A stretch of DNA of 64,000 nt. It comes from Nitrospirales bacterium. GTDB taxonomy: Bacteria > Nitrospirota > Nitrospiria > Nitrospirales > UBA8639. Below the pieces are notes generated by a model. That model saw only the letters and a program-made list of their open reading frames with translations, made no database searches and was not told where the DNA came from. The stretch lies in assembly GCA_963555755.3 (NCBI GenBank), contig OY820905.2:2496001-2560000 (forward strand). The letters are read 5' to 3'. Below, in pieces: positions 50,883-59,744 of the stretch. Position 1 is the stretch's first letter. Every line of letters starts with the position of its first letter. The translations under genes and the position numbers were made by a program.

Positions 50883-51287
50883 TCAACCAGTTTGGGCAGA
50901 TTTTTGCTCGTAAAACCAACCGAAGTACACTAATAGGTCACGCAGGGTGACTATCCCGATCACTTTCCCTGCTTCACGGACAACCAGATGACGGACCCCA
51001 AGATCTTTCATCATTTCAAGGGCATTCTGAAGGCTGTTGGTTCCCTCGATACTATGGGTAGGGGAGGTCATCACATCCTTTGCGGTAGTCGTCGCGAAAT
51101 CCTTTCCGTGAGCCACCACTTTTCCAATGATATCCCATTCGGTCACTATTCCAACAATTTCTCCATTCCATTCTACGAGAAGAGCGCCTACTCGATGATC
51201 ACGAAATTTTTGTGCTACCTCAACGATTGATGTTTGAGCCTGAGTTTTTTTGAGATACCGGCTCATGACCCGGGAAAGTGTGGGCAT
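50883..51287 (-). CDS. CBS-pair protein
   Basis: VGALLV..GIVTEWD..VRHLVV..GIVTLRDL. Confidence 0.88.
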   Translation of the reverse strand: MPTLSRVMSRYLKKTQAQTSIVEVAQKFRDHRVGALLVEWNGEIVGIVTEWDIIGKVVAHGKDFATTTAKDVMTSPTHSIEGTNSLQNALEMMKDLGVRHLVVREAGKVIGIVTLRDLLVYFGWFYEQKSAQTG

Positions 51288-51446
51288 GGATGTTTAAACC
51301 TTTATGGTTGAGAATTCCTGCTTCTCAAAAAAAACTTATGGGCAATTTCCCAACACGGTTACAATGAAAAAGAGTATTCGGCGTCAAATCTTCAAAACCG
51401 AAATAACCGAATGTCGAAGGTACCCTGGGTGCAATCCGGGCTTTTA

Positions 51447-51605
51447 AGGGTTCGCGCAAGAATAACTTCACATTTGGGGGTGTTGAGACGCCTGTCTGGC
51501 AAGGCGCGAGGACTGCGCATACTCCTCGTATGGAAGGGACGAGCAACGCCGCCAGACGGGATGGATCGACGCCCAAAGATGTGAAGTTATTCTTGCGCGA
51601 ACCCT
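51447..51605. repeat. MITE-like repeat family D copy 2; overlaps the stop codon of the YHS gene
   Basis: Reverse complement of 35103-35261. Confidence 0.85.
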
Positions 51606-52017
51606 AAGTTTCGGTGGAACAACACCCCGCCTGGCCGAATACGCCTTCGTAAGGGATCTCACCTTGTAATCGTTTGACGTAATGATCAGGATCCTTTTGA
51701 AACACTTCCGGACAATACGGGCATCGGCAAAAAAACACGTCCCATCCCCGGATTTCCATGCGCACGGTCCACTGTACCGGTTTTTCCGCTAAACAGGTGG
51801 GGCACACAACGAGGTCACGGGTTTCCTGAAGGTATTTTGAAGGTTCCTGATCAAAAAGATCGGCGCAACCCTGGCAGCAAAAGAAATACTCTTTGCCTTC
51901 GTAGTGGCTTGTGGCCCAGCGATCCGCTCCGATTCCCAATCGGATCAAAGAACAACCACAGGTGGGACAAATGGAAGTGACTATTGTTTTTGCCGAGCTT
52001 GAGAGGTCACTTGTCAT
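51604..52017 (-). CDS. Cys-rich tandem YHS/TRASH-domain metal-binding protein
   Basis: CPTCGC...YEGKEYFFCCQGC..F..EPSKY and CPTC...FFCRCPYC..F..DPDHY; C-terminal GCC. Confidence 0.8.
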   Translation of the reverse strand: MTSDLSSSAKTIVTSICPTCGCSLIRLGIGADRWATSHYEGKEYFFCCQGCADLFDQEPSKYLQETRDLVVCPTCLAEKPVQWTVRMEIRGWDVFFCRCPYCPEVFQKDPDHYVKRLQGEIPYEGVFGQAGCCSTET

Positions 52018-52195
52018 TGCTTTGGCCTTTTTCTTTTTCACTCAATTCAGCGTAACCTGATGATTCCTTTTTTTTGGGAAATAAATCCACCACGAAATCA
52101 ATCAGTGATTGCAATTTGCTTCTCGTGCATTCACAGGCTTCTTCATCAGAAACGCTTTCTTCTTCTACCTTGTCCCAATCCACATATTTTTTCAT
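52007..52195 (-). CDS. Small acidic protein coupled to the HgcA-like gene (not a ferredoxin)
   Basis: 62 aa, ATGA overlap with the upstream stop, one CxC, no CxxCxxCxxxC. Confidence 0.55.
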   Translation of the reverse strand: MKKYVDWDKVEEESVSDEEACECTRSKLQSLIDFVVDLFPKKKESSGYAELSEKEKGQSNDK

Positions 52196-53061
52196 AGCAA
52201 CAACGTGCCTCCATACACCAGAGCCAAAAAAGCGAATATCCCGGCAAAAAGCTTCCCGGACTTCTGATTTTGCCCTAAATGTGAATGACCTTGCGCATCA
52301 TAGCCAATATAGGCGCTCAAAGCCATAATTCCCATGGAAGCCTGGATTTTCAAAACCGGGTCTGTTTCGGAAGTCAATATAAGAGCCAGCACCGGCAGGG
52401 AAAGCACTAGCCCTTTGTATAGCAATCTATCTATCGGAATAAAATGCTCAATTAATTGCATGCTGAAAGCAAAGTACCAGACTAAAGCAATTCCTTGAAT
52501 CCACCAATCGGAAGCGAACATAAGTATTGGGAGAATACAGACTAACGTGCAGAAAACGGCATGACTGAGACCCATTTTAAAACGCTCCCAATACCCATAT
52601 TCTAGTGCCTGCATATCCTTATTTTTGGTCAACCCATTATTTAAAAAATCCTTTAAATCAGTAAAATACACCGGGCCATATATGCCTTCCCAGCCTTGCT
52701 CTTTAAGAGCTTTTCTTTTGATTCCAGACGCGGACAATTGCGGCAGTATTAACCGATTATGATTGACCCGTTCCCCTACATTGTAAACCTTCAAGTGGGA
52801 AAGAACTGTTTCGGCTGTAAAAATACGTTCGGCAGCTGCACACCAGACATTGGTTCCGTTTGTATTGACGACTAAAAGAAAACAATCTAAAGCCTCTTTT
52901 TCCAGATATTCCTTGAGATGTCTCACCGTATAATCGAAATTACAGGTGACGAGAATAGGGGAAGATTTGTCTGGGTTGCCGATAGCCACTGTTTCAGGTT
53001 CACACGGAAATCGGACAAATCGAAAAAGGGTTTGATAGATGTCTTTAATCCAGCCAATCAT
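52192..53061 (-). CDS. hgcA: HgcA-like corrinoid-binding membrane protein
   Basis: GNPDKSSPILVTCNFDYT, cap helix GTNVWCAAAE (canonical G[IV]NVWCAAGK), LILPQLSASG, GPV..DL..FL, followed by several TM helices. Confidence 0.82.
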   Translation of the reverse strand: MIGWIKDIYQTLFRFVRFPCEPETVAIGNPDKSSPILVTCNFDYTVRHLKEYLEKEALDCFLLVVNTNGTNVWCAAAERIFTAETVLSHLKVYNVGERVNHNRLILPQLSASGIKRKALKEQGWEGIYGPVYFTDLKDFLNNGLTKNKDMQALEYGYWERFKMGLSHAVFCTLVCILPILMFASDWWIQGIALVWYFAFSMQLIEHFIPIDRLLYKGLVLSLPVLALILTSETDPVLKIQASMGIMALSAYIGYDAQGHSHLGQNQKSGKLFAGIFAFLALVYGGTLLL

Positions 53062-53690
53062 TTTTTAATTTCTAAAAGAATAAACATGCCCAACATAAAT
53101 GATTTGCAGTTGACTATGGTCATACCCGCTTCCCGAACATCATCATCAAAATTGGAAATCGCGTTGGTTGTGGTTTGAGTGATAACCCAAGTAAGAAGCC
53201 GCATAGGTAACCTGAATGCATAGTACAAACATTTGGCTAAAATATTTTCTGGAATCATTTCATCGCCAATAAGAACTTTCCCCCCATTTCTTAAAATTCT
53301 TTTGATTTGCTTCAATACATGAATCCGTTCCGCGCGAGTCAGTTCGCTGAAAGCAAGAGTGCTCAAAATAATATCGAATGACTCATCTCCTAAATGCTCA
53401 TCGAGGTTACCAAGGCTAATATTCAGGTAGGTTGCTGAGGGCGAATTTCTCTTTGCCACAGCAAGCATGCCGCTATTGGCATCCACGCCCGTCACCACGG
53501 CTCCTCGCTCGATACACATTTGGGCCAGAGTTCCGGTGCCACAACCCAGATCGAGAACTTGATTTCCGGGGTGAATGTGTTCGGCGATTTGCATTTTAAT
53601 TTTCGTCAACGTTCCCAGAGTCAAAAGACTCATCCCTAGATCGTAACGTTCAGGACGGGATTCAAGAATTTTCATGTACACAAACGACAT
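53058..53690 (-). CDS. Class I SAM methyltransferase (UbiE-like, corrinoid-protein-associated type)
   Basis: MSFVYMKILESRPERYD, VLDLGCGTG, GVD, FDIILSTLAFSEL; ATGA overlap with the hgcA-like start. Confidence 0.85.
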   Translation of the reverse strand: MSFVYMKILESRPERYDLGMSLLTLGTLTKIKMQIAEHIHPGNQVLDLGCGTGTLAQMCIERGAVVTGVDANSGMLAVAKRNSPSATYLNISLGNLDEHLGDESFDIILSTLAFSELTRAERIHVLKQIKRILRNGGKVLIGDEMIPENILAKCLYYAFRLPMRLLTWVITQTTTNAISNFDDDVREAGMTIVNCKSFMLGMFILLEIKK

Positions 53691-53814
53691 TAAAAAGACC
53701 TTCAACAAGTATTCAGAGTTTAAAAAACAAGAATAGTTGTAAACTTGACCACCCAAACCGTTGATCCTAAGCCTATAATGCAAATAGACTTTATGCGTTT
53801 CCCACACCTGCTTA

Positions 53815-55856
53815 GGACCCGCGAGAAAATAACTTGATCAATATCGCGCCAAGATTTGGGTCGGATTTGGACGGAACGATTGAGAAAAACTCGAGGCATA
53901 GCACAGCTATGGTGAGGGTTTTTCGATTGAGGCCCGTTCAAAGATGGCCCGACGGATCTTCCCCCGAGTTTTGGGCGGATTTTTGGCTCTAACCTTTTGA
54001 TGTCATTGAAGAAGTCACGGTTTGGGCGAGGCCACGTCTCTGCCTACACATGCACCTTGGCTGGCCGTGTGGTGGTGGCAGGCGGGGTGATCCCCAATGC
54101 GGCAAAGATGGTTGCCTGCCTAGCATCGGGGCGAGCCAGCTGAAGCACCTCCTGCCCGCCGATTGCATGGCGTTGGAAACACAATCGTGACAGGGCCCCC
54201 AGGGCGTCTTGAAGGGTCAGCGCCTGGGCGCTCTGCTCCGTCGTCCCAAACGCCTCCTTCAGGCCTCGCTCGCCTTCCCGGGCCACTTTCAGGGCGAGCA
54301 TCGCGGCAAAGACATGGCCACGCGTGCGGCTCTCCTTCCGCACAAAGATGGGGCGCAGTTCGAGCAAGCCCGTCTTCATCGTCCGGAAGTCGCGTTCCAC
54401 CCGTTGCAGGTCCCGGTACCGGGCATCCACCGTCGCGGCATCCATCGTGTCCCGAGCCACATCGGTTTCCAGCACCGAACAGCCATCCAACAGGGCCGCC
54501 TCGGCCTGCTTGGCCTCATCAATCTCGACCACAAGCTGGGTCCCCTGCAGGGCGAGGGTGGTGAAGGCGGAGAGCTTGTGCTTCTTGGCCCACTGGGTCA
54601 GCTGCCGCTGTCCCGCCGCCGGGGTGGCCCGCTTGGCCTTCTGGACAAACGCATTGCGCGCCGCGACCTTCTGCTGCAGTGTGGCCACTTTGTCCTGACG
54701 TCGCGTGGCCACCGTGTGGCGCAACGCCTCATTCCGCCGCAGGATCAGCCGACGAGACCCATCCTCCACTTCCTGTATCGTCTCATCAAACAAATTGAGT
54801 TGGAGCACATCTTTCTTCAGCAAGGTGCGAATCTGCGGGTCAGTGAGGGCGGTGAGGGCGGTGAGGTACTTGAGTCCCTGCTCGGTGAGGGCCGCCTTGC
54901 CTGCGGCTTTCACCATCCCCCGATCCCCCACACACACGACGTCGGTGATCTTGAACTGGGTCTTGATCCGTTCAATCTGCTCGGCGACCGTGCGGGGATC
55001 CGCCGTATTCCCCTTGAACACCGTGACGGCCAGCGGCTCACCATCCGGCCCTGTCAGCAACCCAATCACAATCTGCTTCTTGTGCTTCTTGCCGTCCCGG
55101 TTATAGCCATACGCCGCCAGCTCATTCTTCTCCCCCTCAAAATAGGAGGAGGTCACGTCATAGAGCACCAAGACCGGTGGCTGGCCGGTCCGCTGGACAG
55201 AGGCCCGATACAGTTTCTTCTCGATGGCTTCTTGTTGGATGCCCAACCAGTCTAAGGCCTCGTACAGGTCATTCTCGTCAAAGGCGGGCAATCCCAACAC
55301 CTCAGCGACCGCATGATCGGTGGCCCACCGCACGGCTGACAGCCGCGAACCCTGATGAGCCACTCGTGCCAGCACCAGGAACAGGGCGAGCTTGGCTACT
55401 CGTTTCGGACCCAAGGCCGACACCACTCCCACCCGTTGGGCCACCGCTTTCAGGGCGAAGAGGACGCCAAAGATCCGATCACTCACGGGGCCCGCCTCGT
55501 CTTCCGTTCCATCGAAATCCCCACGGAGGCAGCGCTTGAGCGCGTCTACGCGAGCCGGAGGCCACGAGGTCAGATTGGCCAGGGTCCGGGTCTTCACCTT
55601 GCCGCCCGCTCGGTAGCTTTCGCGCAATAAAATGGCGGGCGGGGAGGTGCGGTTAGGAACGGTGGCGATATACATGCTTTATGTATAGCATAAATAAAGC
55701 ATTATAGTCAAGATAAAACAACAATTACATGCCTACATTACAGAGAGCAATCCAATCTTTCCCTGAAGAATTCCAACAGCTTAGGTGGCAAACATGGGGG
55801 GAAGATCCGCCCGAAGATTGGATGCGAGATTGACCAAGTTATTTTCTCGCAGGTCC
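53815..55856. mobile_element. ~200-bp MITE-like element, itself interrupted by IS1634
   Basis: About 30-bp TIR GGACC(C/T)GCGAGAAAATAACTTG(A/G)TCAAT; TTA duplicated at both flanks. Confidence 0.72.
53963..55798 (-). mobile_element. IS1634-family element, transposase ORF 54044-55675 (ends approximate)
   Basis: LLRESYR..GKVKTRTLANL, LYDVTSSYFEG, GYNRDGK, VGDRGM, VERDFRTMK. Confidence 0.9.
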
Positions 55857-56106
55857 TTACTCTTAATATGTCTTCAGAAACGGAACTCATTTCGCAGCAT
55901 TCCTATAATTTTCCGTCCACGGCGATCGCGGGAATCCTTTCAATTCCGTACAGGGCCGCCTTATGTTGAATGTCCTTATTAGGGTCCTTGGTTAAATCAT
56001 AAATAACGACCTCACACGATGGACAAGCCAAACTTTTCACAAGGTCCACCGTTGACTCACAAATGGGACAACCACTTGTAAAAACCTCAACAGTTCTTTT
56101 TCGCAT
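55857..56106 (-). pseudogene. Thioredoxin/glutaredoxin-like protein with an internal TAG and its 3' end cut by the MITE
   Basis: VEVFTSGCPIC..ACPSC..IPAIAVDGKL*ECCEM; an AGVGNA* tail lies beyond the insertion near 53790-53811. Confidence 0.7.
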
Positions 56107-56161
56107 GATGTGGTCTCAATTATAAAAGTGATAATTATTTCAAATTCATAACGGAATATAT

Positions 56162-56872
56162 TTAAGCGGTGATACTTTTTTTATGCTCTAAATAAAATTC
56201 TTTCATCTCTTTGTTAGCCGATATCGTGGTTGCAAGGTTTGTCAAGAAAGAATCTATTTCTTTGCAGTTGAGTGTGGCCAGAATGTGGTCATCACTGACT
56301 TCGGTGAAAGTCCGCATTCCAGTGCAACCTAAGGACATGCCAAAAGGCGAATTATCCAAGGTGGTTGGAATCACCGCGCAAGCCGGACGACCCAACGCCA
56401 TGGATTGCATGCTTTCAGACCATTTGCAGCATCCCAAAACTTCGTTGTAAATCATCGCCTGTGAAGGCTTTAACCACATCAGGATCAATTGGGGCTCAAC
56501 CGGAAAATCTTTTAACGGTCCATACACCACACCAGCTTTTTTCTCTTTAATGGTTGGGATATGTGCTGGCTCATCTTCTGACAGGTAAGAACATTCACAC
56601 ATTTTTTTCACCAAACCACCCAGTTGTTCCTGTACCTCTTTGGGCATCTCGAACCCCAACACCATGGCTCCTATCGGACAGTTAAAATGCTTGGCTGCCG
56701 GCGCATAGAACGTTTTTTTCTCTGCGACTCGCCAAAATGTACAGAACGAGGGGAATTCGCCTTCGATAGACTCCACTCCCTGCGGTTGATCATCAACAAG
56801 GGCCATCGCTACCGGGGCAATTTCAAGCCCAAATGCTGATGTGATTTCCTGATTCGTTTTTGCATTATCCAT
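56162..56872 (-). CDS. DUF169 family Cys-containing protein
   Basis: PVAM..SFCTFW..NCPIG..YGPL..PACA..SLGCTGMR. Confidence 0.75.
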   Translation of the reverse strand: MDNAKTNQEITSAFGLEIAPVAMALVDDQPQGVESIEGEFPSFCTFWRVAEKKTFYAPAAKHFNCPIGAMVLGFEMPKEVQEQLGGLVKKMCECSYLSEDEPAHIPTIKEKKAGVVYGPLKDFPVEPQLILMWLKPSQAMIYNEVLGCCKWSESMQSMALGRPACAVIPTTLDNSPFGMSLGCTGMRTFTEVSDDHILATLNCKEIDSFLTNLATTISANKEMKEFYLEHKKSITA

Positions 56873-56947
56873 GTTCGCCTCCCAAAACTAGGGTTTTAAA
56901 GGGTGGGTAATTCCTATCGCACCATTGATAATTTTTAAACTTGCTAT

Positions 56948-57110
56948 TCCCCGTAGCTAGCTACGGAGTGACCAATGAGGCCTGCCCTGAGTCATATCGA
57001 AGGGTCCCCCCTTTGGAAAATCCCCCCATCCCCCCTTTTGCAAAGGGGGGCAAGGGGGGATTTAGGATTCCGATTTTCCATTAAATACCCCGTCAGCTTG
57101 CTGCGGGGAT
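56948..57110. repeat. REP-like palindrome cluster between merR and DUF169
   Basis: CCCCGTAGCTAGCTACGG, CCCTGAGTCATATCGAAGGG, CCCCCCTTTTGCAAAGGGGGG, CCCCGTCAGCTTGCTGCGGGG. A related CCCCCCTTTGGAAAAGGGGG motif occurs at 62875-62928. Confidence 0.6.
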
Positions 57111-57150
57111 CTTCATATCGCTTAGAGGCTCTTTCAAAAGAAAAAGTTTT

Positions 57151-57561
57151 TTATAGCTCTCTCCCTGATTCGAAACTGCAAAGGATGGGACAGTCGCCCG
57201 TGAGCGTTGCTTCTTGGCATTGGTGAATCATTTGCTTTAAAACCTTTTTCATAGAGTTGAGGCCTTTGATTTTCTGATCCACTTCGTCCAGTTTTGTTTG
57301 CGTTTTTGCCAAAACCGATTCACAACTTTCGTTTTTTTTAACCCGCAATTTCAGAAGTTGCAGAATCTCATTAAGCGTGAATCCCAACTTTTTCGCATTT
57401 TGAATAAAACGAATTCTGGCGGCATCTTCCTTGGAATAGAGTCGATAACCGACTTCGGAACGTTTGGGAGGGTCGATCAGCCTCCTCTTTTCGTAATACC
57501 GCAACGATTCGATATTGACCCCGCATTCCTTTGCCAATTTACTTCGTGTCATCGTCACCAT
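57151..57561 (-). CDS. merR: Hg(II)-type MerR family regulator
   Basis: wHTH LAKECGVNIESLRYYE, GYRLY, LGFTLNEI; three Cys positioned like MerR C82/C117/C126 (ESCE, QCQE, DCPIL). Confidence 0.88.
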   Translation of the reverse strand: MVTMTRSKLAKECGVNIESLRYYEKRRLIDPPKRSEVGYRLYSKEDAARIRFIQNAKKLGFTLNEILQLLKLRVKKNESCESVLAKTQTKLDEVDQKIKGLNSMKKVLKQMIHQCQEATLTGDCPILCSFESGREL

Positions 57562-57581
57562 ATTTTTCTCCTAATGTATAG

Positions 57582-57613
57582 AACCTACACCCTGTACCAC
57601 AGTACAGGGTCAA
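57582..57613 (-). promoter_or_regulatory. MerR-type promoter/operator
   Basis: Minus strand TTGACC-20 bp-TAGGTT with the dyad ACCCTGTAC-N4-GTACAGGGT spanning the over-long spacer. Confidence 0.88.
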
Positions 57614-57626
57614 GGGGAAATTAGGA

Positions 57627-59213
57627 CCCAAGATCCGCGATGGGTTTGGTCAACAGAGGTCCTTTGGCAAAACCCACGTGTTCGCGCCGTTGCTTAGTCA
57701 ATGGTCTGGCTGGATTTGAGCCACCTCCCAGAGTTGCCTGTCCTGACATGGGATCGACCAGCCTTTTGGGCAGACCACTCCCTTCCTGCTTCCTTCTTCT
57801 CTTGTGCTGTCCCCTGCCCCGGCTTAATAAGGCTGGGCAGCTTCTGCACAGCGCGTCCGAATCTCCTCACACAAGCCCCACAGCTGTTGTTGCACTTTGA
57901 GGATCACGGCACCAGCATGCCGGACCACTTTGCCCGCCACCTGATACAGCCGCCAACGCACCGTGCGCACTTGGCACTGGCTCCAGGCATAGGGCAACGC
58001 CAACAACTTGAACAACACAAACAGGTTGTAGGCTAACACGCCAATGCGAAAGAAGACGGCATTGGCCGCGAAGGTCCCACACGGAAGCCGTTCCATGCCA
58101 AAGCCACTCTTCAGTTCTTTGATGCGATTCTCGCTGGTCTCGCCCCGCTGGTTGTACCATCGTACAATCTCCTCAGGGGTTCCATCTCGGTTCGTCGCAA
58201 TCAGCGTGTAGCGCAGGCTGGGGGCCTCGGGGGCAAACAGATCCTGTTGCACGGGCCGTCGCAATACGATGAGGCGAAAGGCTTGCTTGGTCTTCGCCAT
58301 ACAATGTACCGTTTCAGCGAGATGGCCATCTCGGTAGGGTTGCCACTGGCTCTCAGGGATGGCGGCAATGACGGCCTGCACGGCCGTATCCTGCACGCCC
58401 CCAATCGCAAACGTCACGTTGTGCTCCTCGCACCAATTGAACAACTCCGCTTGGTACGCCGCACTATCCGCCCGCACATGAGCAATCCGTTTGCCTTTGG
58501 GCATCTGCGCCGCACACGCCTGGGTGAATTCAAGATTGCGGGACGCCGGAGCCTCATTCCCTTCACGAAACTCCTCCCCAAGCACCAGCCCATTTTCCGC
58601 CAGGTGCCCCAGCATCGGCAGATAGCCTCGCTCCCCCTTGTACGTCCATTTGGCTGCCTGCTTCTCCGCGACAATCTGCGTGGCATCAAGATCGAGGGTA
58701 TAGTCCGTGCGCGGTTCCCGCTTCAACGCCCGCCGGATCTGCTGCTGATTGACGACGGCTAAACTTGCTAAACCATCCTTCTCCCCCATGCGTCGCAGCC
58801 AATCGCCCGTGGCATCGGCACTGGGAACCACGGGGAGTCGCAGCACGGCCCGCAAGCCCGCATCCTCGCGAATCTGGCGCAGATCCTCCAGCGTCCGGCC
58901 CCCGCCATGCAACATCAGCAGCAGGGGCTCGACAAATTGGGCGGGGTGATAGCCGATGCGGCTCCCGGGCGCGGGCAAGGCCGCATTGAGTTGCCGGGGC
59001 ACATTCATGGCTTGGAGAAACTCCCCGAACAGCGCCAGCCCGCCATGAGCGGTGAGCTGTTCGTCGGTGGGCTCAAGCTTGAACGGAAGAACGGTTTGTG
59101 GCATCATTCGTTTCACCTCGTTGGTGAGGAGTGGCTAAGGGGGTGGGCACCCGTATCTTAGCAAATCAACGAGGTTTTTTTATGCCCAAAATAAATCCAT
59201 CGCGGATCTTGGG
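57627..59213 (-). mobile_element. IS1380-family element, intact transposase 57824-59116
   Basis: 17-bp TIR CCCAAGATCCGCGATGG; 5-bp TSD TAGGA; LTAHGGL, LDLDAT, RADSA, YNQRGETSENRIKELK. Confidence 0.92.
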
Positions 59214-59264
59214 TAGGAATTTTTTATTTTTAAAGGATGGAAAAGGAATTAGTCTCGAAAAAAA

Positions 59265-59358
59265 TTTGGGAAACTCGGCTATGTAAGGTTCTCTAATCGG
59301 TAAAAAAAATATGGTGGGTCGTCGAAGGATCGAACCCCGGTCCCACTGATTCAGAGTT
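59265..59358 (-). repeat. Second degenerate tRNA-Lys 3' half plus flank (att-like)
   Basis: Minus strand ACTCTGAATCAG..GGTTCGATCCTTCGACGACCCACCA followed by the same flank as 47619-47663. Confidence 0.72.
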
Positions 59359-59744
59359 AGCTGCTCTTTCCTCAATCCTGAGAAAGGTCATTCATCATTT
59401 TCCAAACACACTGGCCCTGCTGGTGCCAACAGACGACGGTCTCGGGCAATTAACCTGTTAGCACGAAACGGGCACGTATCGTGACTCTCAAATCCCCCTC
59501 AAAAACGGGAACATGTTGCAAAGTTCAAAACAAGGTGTATGTTGAAAGCAGGGCAGAGGATTGGTGTCACTATGACGAACAATGAAACGGATTCTCCAAG
59601 AGGAACCAGGATCTTTCATGGATTCGTTGTGAGGCATGGACGGATGACCCTCCAACCTTGACCCCACTTGGTTCACCGCGACGCACTCAGCTCCGAATGC
59701 CAAGTTAAGCTCTACGTAGAAGAAAATACCCGAGGTCTTCCCGA

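Noticed and set aside
52007..52195. hgcB downstream of the hgcA-like gene
   Set aside because: No CxxCxxCxxxC ferredoxin motifs in this ORF or the neighbouring YHS ORF.
54209..55255. 348-aa plus-strand ORF
   Set aside because: Antisense shadow of the GC-rich IS1634 transposase.
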